From Eledone cirrhosa (taxonomy: Eukaryota), in contig OZ024743.1 in assembly GCA_964016885.1 (NCBI GenBank), positions 76,570,001 through 76,634,000 of the forward strand: DNA of 64,000 bases, given 5' to 3'. Position 1 is the stretch's first letter; the number at the start of each line of letters is the position of its first letter. The notes beneath the pieces are model-generated. The model ran no database searches. It was not told the origin of the DNA and was given only the letters and a program-made list of their open reading frames with translations. Of this stretch, positions 54,101-62,100 are shown in pieces. The position numbers and the translations under genes were made by a program.

Positions 54101-54581
54101 CCTCTCTATCGGGGCAGGCCCCTACGTAGTCCCAACGTGCATCTAGGATACCATTCCAGTCCCCCACTAATAGCAAGGAGCGGGACGTCCCTAGAAAAGT
54201 CTCCAGACGATGGAAGAAGTCCGGCCGCATTGACCCGAAAGGGCCGTAGGCGGCTACCAACCTAAACGCTCCGCCTTTACCACTGCCAAGGTCCAGAACC
54301 ACTAGTCGACCCTCCGGGTCCAAATGTACCATCTGTGTTGCGAGACCCAGATGTTTTTGCAGCAGAACGACAACTCCACCCCCACCTCCAGGCTGACAGA
54401 GAGATGCGTGCATCTCAAAGTCATCAAAGGTGGGGGCCAGCTGTCGCACGTTGCTGATCCGGGCCTCGCAAATAACCATCACATCTATACGTTGTGACCT
54501 GAGGTCATTTAGAAGCATTGCTTGCTTCCAAGTTGAGCCCAGGCCACGCGCATTTAAACAGCCTACTCTTAGCATAGCCAT
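51144..54581 (-). CDS. ORF2: APE-type endonuclease, reverse transcriptase and C-terminal Cys/His finger (~1145 aa from ATG 54581)
   Basis: EN motifs LNARG, ICE, GDWN, YLD and SDH. RT motifs SPGLDG, FRPITLLN, DQSKAFD, QGCPLS and YADD. C-terminal CPRC...H...C. Uninterrupted. Confidence 0.96.
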   Translation of the reverse strand: MAMLRVGCLNARGLGSTWKQAMLLNDLRSQRIDVMVICEARISNVRQLAPTFDDFEMHASLCQPGGGGGVVVLLQKHLGLATQMVHLDPEGRLVVLDLGSGKGGAFRLVAAYGPFGSMRPDFFHRLETFLGTSRSLLLVGDWNGILDARWDYVGACPDREGCNSLKGLIGRFDLADRYRLDFPTAPTWTWANRSGSSRSYLDRFLVRIKDKEFLSCPKMRIVGYSDHKLVTCMVNLDRTHRQGPGYWKLNLSLPASRAYRNRISTLVKERLTGAIVNSRWWVSLKREIRVVSIEFSKVLAADRNRKERELIDRVEEAIRSGDVARVLASRTALSQFFDAKHEGCVVRSKIRALGNEGTKAVSWARVTEANSGTKSTIRSLRDLDGRAILEPKQMCEAFQRHFARLFGRGGEPVGNVDFGPYLDGLPRLSDREAKSCEEPISAAEIEDVLSQCGKRKSPGLDGLPYELYLAMPDLFPDLLEAVYCNWQQNGRIPCTVTKGVVTLVRKDENKGDEISNFRPITLLNTELQILAKVLAKRLALVVGNLVGDAQTCAIPSRSIHDNLHLMRYIIERVGNEPGFGGALINLDQSKAFDRVDHGYLDAVLAAAGFGPVFRGWITAMHSSRICSRVKVNGYLSEPFKIARSIRQGCPLSSLLYVLTLEPLLRKLELLQGIPLEPGLRKAVSAYADDVTVMVSTASEIEAVGTLLEEYEKFTGAKLNRDKSIGLQLGTWRGRPMPSDSVVGRWTEGPVKLLGVWFGPDLQVEKNWAEVTNRVFALTQKWASCKLSLKGRAEVANTYIASVIYYRLTVVPCPRETLTKMERALFQFLWKRRAPMVRRSICCQHPSKGGLGMPWLMMRKHALRLRHLYVFLTGQPVWASFVRRTFPRLVSLTELQSWVKQRPRKLGAWHTECAQALTALWQADPVISGDSTATFYRGLVRSRCDDALGEALDMEEDELASLFGRTFSPGPMDNFQKSLAWQCYRGALPVRERLYRHGRPGRDPAKKICPRCVCDEETVAHALVHCSGVADLWGYVEQLLSRVGPIRLTTESIVMIKPPPPFKDEAEAVFLCVIAMAKEVVWWTRLKGLRSGTFLSGQQLVRFFRYHFGRRIRMEREVLHPSRFYERWVKVARMARVNGPSLYIRL

Positions 54582-54605
54582 GTTGGTGGTGAAGAGAAAA
54601 GGCAC

Positions 54606-56387
54606 TTACCTCTCTGCGTCCCGGGTATCGGGCTGCACAATTTCCATTAGGGTGGGGGATGGGTTGTTGGGTGGGGTGGTGGTTTGTGGAAGTGTGGGGG
54701 CATCAGTGTGTTGTGTGGTTGGGGAGCTTGGAGTTGTGAGGGTGTTTGGGGAGGGGGTGGGATAGTTTTTTAGGAGGACTCGGTTAATGGGCCCGACGCA
54801 GGGGGGACCCACGTCCTCTTTAAAATTGTTTTTTAAAGTTTTATAGGTGTCCTGTGGGGCCTTAATCATTTTGAGGTGGGGGAAATCCCCTGCCTGGGTG
54901 AAGTTAGGCCCTTGTGTTTTTATTAGATTGTTGTTGTACACAATGTTTAACAGTTTTTTGTTTCTTGTATTTATGTATGTGTATGCATGTTTTTGTTTTT
55001 GTGTGGTGTTTTTTGTTTGCTGTTGTGAGCTCTTTTGTGTTGGTGTCAGTGTTATGTTTTGGGGAGGGGTTTTTTTCATTTGTGTGTCTGAGGTGTGTTT
55101 TCTTTTTTTTCTTTTGATTGTGTGGAAGTGCTCCTCCTCGTCTGACGACGAACTAGGGTCATCTTCCGCGTTGGAGGGGAGGGGTATATTTTCGGGTTGT
55201 GTTTGCGGTACGGGTGTTTTGGAAATTGTTTTTGTTTTTTGAGTGGAGGGGATGGGTTGGACATTGTTTTGTTTTGGTTTGAGCTGTGGTGGTTGTTTTT
55301 GTAGTGGTTGTTGTGGTGATTGTGTTGGTTGTGCAGTTGTTGGTGGTGTAGGCAGGATTGGGGTTTTCTTATTAAGTTGGGGACAGACAGCCCTCAGGTG
55401 ACCTCTGGTTCCGCAGAGGTAACACGAGGGCCGTCTACCCTCAACGGTAATGTTGATGAAGGTTAGATCATCCAGTATGACGCGTTCAGGGATCTGGGCG
55501 ATCCTTTCGGGCCTCATTTGAACTACAAGTTCGAGGCTCGTTCCACTGAACGCGTCACCCGATGCCTTTCCCATGGACACCAGCATGTCATCCTCCAGGT
55601 CCAGAAAACCTGTCAAAACCCACCATATGTCCATAATCGGCAGGATGGTGTGGATTTTTATTTTTTGTGTTCTTCTACCCATGTACGTAGGGTAGAAGGT
55701 GTATGCGGTGGATGTGATTGGTTTGATGGACAGTTTCACTGCTGTGTCCCTGTCCTTCATAAGAATGGATAGACTCCCGTAGAGTCTATCCTTCTGAATG
55801 AAGGTGATGTCCTTCATGACGTCTTTTAAAACCAGCTCTATCTCGCTCTGTGATGGTTGAGCTGGTTTTTTACTTTTGTTCGAGATTGTCCTAAACATGA
55901 CCGTGTTTAGGAGTCTCTGGCTTTTTAGTTCCGGGGGGGAATGGATTGTGAATGAACCATTTTCCCCGTACACTATATATTTTTTCGCATCCGCCAGTAG
56001 CTCCTTCGCTTTTGTTATATCTACTGGCAGATAGTCGAGGGTTTTCCTTGTCGTCTCGGCGAAGGAGAAATTTTGTTTGTTTGTGTTGTTGTTGTCGTTG
56101 GTGGTGTTGTTGTTATCATTGTTGTTGTTGTCACCGTTATTGGTCTTGTTGTTGTTATTGTTATTGTTATTGGTGTTGTTTTCTACCGTCGCATTGTTGT
56201 TGTTGTTGCTGTTGGTTCTTTGGGTTGTTGCCATGGTAACGTCAAGTTGTCGGTTAACAGGTGGAGAGAATTCTTCCTCTGGCTGACCTATCTTCTTGAC
56301 CTCTGCTACTGTGACAGTGGCAGGGGGAAGCTGTAAGTTCATCTTCCCCTTTCCTCCTTCGAATTTTGGTGAAGAAGCTTCGGCCAT
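54606..56387 (-). CDS. ORF1: gag-like nucleic-acid-binding protein (593 aa) with a single CCHC zinc knuckle
   Basis: CYLCGTRGHLRAVC, an Asn-rich N-terminus, a Pro/Gln/Thr-rich linker and a basic KRKKRK stretch. Homologous to the ORF1 remnants in copies A and C. Confidence 0.92.
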   Translation of the reverse strand: MAEASSPKFEGGKGKMNLQLPPATVTVAEVKKIGQPEEEFSPPVNRQLDVTMATTQRTNSNNNNNATVENNTNNNNNNNNKTNNGDNNNNDNNNTTNDNNNTNKQNFSFAETTRKTLDYLPVDITKAKELLADAKKYIVYGENGSFTIHSPPELKSQRLLNTVMFRTISNKSKKPAQPSQSEIELVLKDVMKDITFIQKDRLYGSLSILMKDRDTAVKLSIKPITSTAYTFYPTYMGRRTQKIKIHTILPIMDIWWVLTGFLDLEDDMLVSMGKASGDAFSGTSLELVVQMRPERIAQIPERVILDDLTFINITVEGRRPSCYLCGTRGHLRAVCPQLNKKTPILPTPPTTAQPTQSPQQPLQKQPPQLKPKQNNVQPIPSTQKTKTISKTPVPQTQPENIPLPSNAEDDPSSSSDEEEHFHTIKRKKRKHTSDTQMKKTPPQNITLTPTQKSSQQQTKNTTQKQKHAYTYINTRNKKLLNIVYNNNLIKTQGPNFTQAGDFPHLKMIKAPQDTYKTLKNNFKEDVGPPCVGPINRVLLKNYPTPSPNTLTTPSSPTTQHTDAPTLPQTTTPPNNPSPTLMEIVQPDTRDAER

Positions 56388-56594
56388 TTAAAAAAATATT
56401 GACTTTTCAACAAGAAAAAACTTTTTTTAACTATTTCGCCTAAAGGCGTAGAATATTTTGAGAGACTGACCAGATCAAAGTTTGACCTGGCAGTCCCTCT
56501 ACAAAATGGTACAAAAATTAAAGTTATCAGACAAGAATTTCTATAGAAATTTAAACAGAACTTACTCAGCAAGTTATACGCGTGTGTCCATCCC

Positions 56595-56651
56595 AGAGAT
56601 AGATAGATAGATAGATAGATGAGTTCATGCAATTGACTTATGTTTCGTCAC

Positions 56652-56693
<42 letters not shown>

Positions 56694-56694
56694 T
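56595..56694. repeat. Inter-element spacer: (GATA)n, ~32 bp unique, (GATA)n
   Basis: Seen directly in the sequence. Confidence 0.9.
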
Positions 56695-59600
56695 GTTTCT
56701 TTTATTTGCCACCAGGGCATCAAAAGTGGGACAAGTACAAAGGGGGGAGTTTACACAAAAAGGCGTCCTCAATAAGGAGGAGGCAATAACAAAATATAAA
56801 AATAAAATAAAATATAACAAAAAATAAAATTTATAACAAAATCCTCCCCGAAAAAAGTGTGCAACCCTTTTCCTCAGGAGCACAGAGAGGGGGTGCTCCC
56901 TCGTTCCTTCCTCTTTTCCACCTACAGGCTTATGTAAAGAGAAGGCCCATTCACACGGGCCATTCTCGCCACTTTCACCCACCTTTCATAAAAACGACTG
57001 GGGTGGAGCACCTCTCTCTCCATCCTGATCCTTCTTCCGAAATGATATCGGAAGAAACGGACCAGTTGTTGGCCAGAGAGAAAGGTGCCTGACCTCAGTC
57101 CTTTCAGACGCGTCCACCATACAACCTCTTTCGCCTTGGCTATTACGCACAGAAACACCGCCTCTGCTTCATCTTTGAAGGGGGGAGGCGGCTTGATCAT
57201 TACAATAGACTCGGTGGTCAACCGGATCGGTCCCACCCTTGACAGCAGTTGTTCGACATAGCCCCACAAATCGGCTACGCCCGAGCAATGTACCAATGCG
57301 TGTGCAACGGTTTCCTCGTCGCACACGCATCTGGGACAGATCTTTTTGGCGGGGTCCCTACCCGGGCGCCCGTGTCTGTAGAGCCTTTCTCGAACAGGTA
57401 AAGCCCCTCGGTAGCACTGCCAGGCCAGGGACTTCTGGAAGTTGTCCATAGGTCCCGGGCTGAATATCCTACCGAACAGGCTGGCCAGTTCGTCCTCCTC
57501 CATGTCTAGGGCTTCTCCGAGGGCGTCGTCGCACCTGCTGCGTACCAGCCCTCTATAGAATGTTGCGGTGGAGTCTCCACTGATAACCGGATCCGCCTGC
57601 CAGAGGGCGGTGAGCGCCTGGGCACACTCAGTGTGCCAGGCGCCCAGTTTTCTCGGTCTTTGCTTGACCCAGGATTGCAGCTCGGTGAGTGAGACGAGTC
57701 TGGGAAAGGTTCGTCTCACAAACGAGGCCCACACCGGTTGACCGGTGAGGAATACGTAGAGGTGCCGTAGCCTTAATGCGTGTTTACGCATCATTAGCCA
57801 CGGCATCCCCAGCCCTCCTTTCGAAGGGTGTTGACAGCAGATGGATCTCCTCACCATAGGAGCCCGCCTCTTCCAAAGGAATTGGAAGAGTGCGCGCTCC
57901 ATCTTGGTGAGGGTTTCCCTTGGGCAGGGCACTACGGTCAGGCGGTAGTAGATGACGGACGCTATGTAGGTGTTCGCCACCTCCGCCCGACCTTTTAGGG
58001 ATAGTTTGCAACTGGCCCACTTCTGGGTCAGTGCAAACACCCTGTTCGTAACCTCCGCCCAGTTTTTCTCCACCTGGAGGTCCGGTCCGAACCAGACCCC
58101 GAGCAACTTCACCGGGCCCTCCGTCCAGCGTCCGACGACGCCATCGGAGGGCATCGGTCTGCCCCTCCACGTGCCGAGTTGCAAACCGATCGACTTGTCG
58201 CGGTTCAGCTTAGCCCCTGTGAACCTTTCGTACTCCTCCAGTAAGGTGCCGACTGCCTCGATTTCGGAGGCCGTCGACACCATTACTGTCACGTCATCGG
58301 CGTAGGCCGACACCGCTTTCCGCAATCCCGGTTCCAAAGGGATGCCCTGCAACAACTCCAACTTCCGCAGTAGTGGTTCGAGAGTCAACACATACAGAAG
58401 GGAGGAGAGAGGGCACCCTTGTCGGATGGACCGCGCGATTTTGAACGGCTCCGAGAGGTAACCGTTCACCTTGACCCTAGAGCAGATGCGGCTGCTGTGC
58501 ATAGCAGTGATCCAGCCCCTGAAAACGGGTCCGAAGCCTGCCGCCGCTAGCACCACATCCAGGTAACCATGGTCGACCCTATCGAACGCCTTAGACTGAT
58601 CCAAGTTGATCAGAGCCCCACCAAAGCCGGGTTCGTTCCCAACCCTCTCTATGATGTATCGCATGAGGTGGAGGTTGTCATGGATGGACCTGGACGAGAT
58701 AGCGCATGTCTGCGCATCTCCCACCAGGTTGCCCACGACAAGCGCCAACCTCTTTGCTAGCACCTTGGCCAAAATCTGTAACTCTGTATTTAGCAGAGTT
58801 ATGGGCCTGAAGTTACTTATTTCGTCCCCCTTGTTCTCGTCCTTCCTCACTAGCGTGACTACGCCCTTGGTCACAGTACAGGGAATTCTCCCGTTCTGTT
58901 GCCAGTTGCAGTAGACCGCCTCGAGGAAATTGGGGAACAAGTCCAGCATAGCTAGATATAATTCGTAAGGAAGACCATCGAGACCCGAGGATTTGCGTTT
59001 GCCGCATTGGCTCAGCACGTCCTCTATCTCAGCGGCCGAAATCGGCTCCTCGCAGGACTTCGCCTCCCTGTCCGAGAGGCGCGGCAGACCGTCGAGGTAT
59101 GGACCGAAGTCCACGTTCCCAACCGGCTCCCCGCCCCTCCCGAACAGTCGGGCAAAGTGCCTTTGAAAGGCCTCACACATCTGCTTAGGCTCAAGAATCG
59201 CCCGTCATCCAGGTCTCGCAAAGACCGGATGGTGGATTTAGTTCCACTGTTGGCCTCTGTCACGCGGGCCCAGCTAACAGCTTTGGTCCCCTCGTTCCCT
59301 AGAGCACGTATTTTACTTCGGACAACGCAGCCTTCGTGCTTCGCGTCGAAAAACTGGCTCAAAGCCGTTCTCGACGCTAGCACTCTGGCCACGTCGCCGC
59401 TTCTAATTGCCTCTTCTACTCTATCTATTAGCTCCCTTTCCTTCCTATTCCTATCCGCAGCTAGAACCTTACTAAATTCTATCGAGACTACTCTAATCTC
59501 TCTCTTTAGAGATACCCACCACCTGCTGTTGACGATCGCTCCAGTCAACCGTTCCTTAACTAACGTACTAATCCGATCCCTGTAGGCTCTACTTGCCGGC

Positions 59601-62077
59601 AAGGACAAGTTGAGCTTCCAGTAACCGGGGCCCTGTCTATGCGTTCTATCAAGGTTGACCATGCAGGTCACCAACTTGTAGTCTGAATAGCCAACCATGA
59701 GCATTTCTGGACAACTTTAAAAGTCCCTGTCCTTATTTCTAACTAAAAATCTATCTAGGTACGACCTAGATGATCCGCTGCGATTTGACCAAGACCAGGT
59801 TGGCACCGTCGGAAAATCTAGTCGAAATCTATCGGCCAGGTCAAATCGGCCGAGTAACCCCTTGAGGCTGTTGCACCCCTCTCTATCGGGACATGCCCTT
59901 GCATAGTCCCAACGTGCATCCAGGATACCATTCCAATCCCCCACTAAAAGCAGGGAACGGGACGTCCCTAGAAAAGACTCCAGACGCTGGAAAAAGTCGG
60001 GCCGCTCTGTCCCAAAAGGGGCATATGCGGCTACCAGCCTAAAGGCTCTACCTTCACCACTGCCAAGGTCCAGCACCACCAGTCGACCCCTTGGGTCCAA
60101 GTGAACTATCTGTGTTGCAAGTTTTTTAGGAGGACGCGGTTGATTGGTTTGGCTCAGGGGAGGGGGGGGGGGCACGTCCTCCGTGAAATTTATTTTCAGT
60201 GTTTTGTACAAGTGCATTGGGACTTTTATCATTTTTAAATGAGGTAGTCCCACAGCAGTTATAAAGTTAGGCCCTTCAGTTTGGACCGAAGGGTTTGCTG
60301 AAATTGTTTTCCGTAATTCTTTGTTGTCTGTGTTCATGTATGTATATTGTAAGGTCTTTTTTTGTGTAGCAGTTAGTGTTGTGTGACAGGGAAGGTTGGT
60401 TTGTGTGTAGTTTGTGTTCTCTTGGGGGGGTTAAAGTTAACATGTGTATCTGTGGTGCGTCTCCTCTTCTTTCTTTTTACTTGTTGGAAGGGATCTTTTT
60501 CGTCTTGCGACGAAAGGGGTTCGTCTTCCTTGTTGGGTGGGAGGGGTATGTTTTCTGGTAGTGTTTGCGGTGTGTGTGTTTTTGTATTTGTTTTGGGTGG
60601 GGAGGGATTGGGTGGGACGGTATTTTGTGTTATTTTTTCACGTGTTTGTTGTTGTTGTTGTGGTGGTGGTGGTGGTGGTGGTGGTGGTGGTGGTGGTGGT
60701 GGTGGTGGTGGTGGTGGTGGGGTCGTTGGTTTTTGTTGTTGTTGTTGTTGTTATGGTTGTTTTTGTTGTTGTTGTTGGGGTGGTGTTGGTGTTGGTAGCA
60801 GTGTTTTTTTCTGTGTGAGCTGGGGACAGGCAGCCTTCAGGTGACCTCTATTGCCACAGAGGTAACAGGAGGGACGCCTACCCTCCACAATAATGTTGAG
60901 GTGGGTACGGTCATCCAGCATGACGCGCTCAGGGATTTGGGCGATGCGTTCTGGCCTTATTTGGGTCAGAACTTCGATGCTCGTTCCACTGAACGCGTCG
61001 CCGGATGCCTTCCCTATTGAAATGAGGTTGTCCTCGTCTAAATTGAGGAAGCCGGTTAGTAACCACCAGTAGTTTATGTTTGGGGTGATGGTGGTTATCC
61101 ATATCCTCTGGGGTTTTTTACCCATGTAGGTGGGGAAGAAGGTGTAGTGTGTGGACCGAATTGGCGACACAGAGTATTTTTTCGCCGCCAATTCGTCTTT
61201 CATCAATATGGATAAACTCCCATAGAGTTTATCCTTTTGTATAAAAGTGATGTCTCTCATCGCGTCTTTCAAGACTAACTGAATTTCGGCTTGAGATGGT
61301 TGCGCTGGTTTTTTTGTTTTATTTAAAATTGTTCGGAATACGACAGTTCGTAATTCCGTCTGTTTTTTTAGTTCTGGAGGTGAATGTATAGAAAACGAAC
61401 CGTTTTCGCCAAAAGATACATATTTCTCTGCTTTTTCCAGCATTTCTTTTGCTTTTGAAATATCTTCAAGCACATACGCGACTGATAATTTAGCCGTTTG
61501 TGCAAAAGATATTTTGTTTTCGCTTTGGATTTTAGTATTGTTTTGTTTCTCGTCGTTTGAGTTGTTTTCATCTTTGTTGTTGTTGTTGTCTTTCTCGTTT
61601 GGTGTGTGGATACTTGTGACGTTTGTGTTGTTGTTGTTTTTGTTGTCTTTATTGTTGCTGTTGTTGTCGTTGTTGTTGTTGTTGTTTTCAAATTCTTGTG
61701 TAGTTGTGGCTACATCTAGTGGTCGGTCAACAGGTGAAGACAATTCTTCCTCTCTCTGACCTCTGCCTTTGGCATCTGCTGCTGTGACAGTGGCAGGGGG
61801 AAGCTGTGAGTATGACTTCCCCTTTCCTTCTTTGATTGATGGTGAAGATGCTTCAGCCATTTTTCTCAAAATAGGGTTTTTCGAAGTTTTTCGAAAGATA
61901 AAATGTTCACAATACTATTTCGCCCAAAGGCGCAGAATATTTTGAGAGACCGACCAGATCAAAATTTGACCTGGCAGTCCCTCTACAAAATGGTACAAAA
62001 ATGAAAGTTTACAGTTTACAATTTCCGTATGAATTTAAACAAAAACTTACCGAGCGAGCTCAGCACATGTGTCCATC
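56695..62077 (-). mobile_element. Tx1-like copy C: chimeric, with a ~420-bp internal deletion and frameshifts
   Basis: ORF1 at 60751-61869 has CYLCGNRGHLKAAC. The ORF1 C-terminus is fused to the EN at ~60120. The RT region (56922-59180) is nearly identical to copy B. Confidence 0.93.
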
Positions 62078-62100
62078 TAGATAGATAGATAGATAGATAG

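Larger units (their letters stand above)
50881..56594 (-). mobile_element. Tx1-like non-LTR retrotransposon copy B, full-length with intact ORFs
   Basis: 5' UTR, ORF1, ORF2 and a 3' UTR ending AATAAAAGAAATATATCTATC. Bounded by GATA repeats. Confidence 0.96.
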
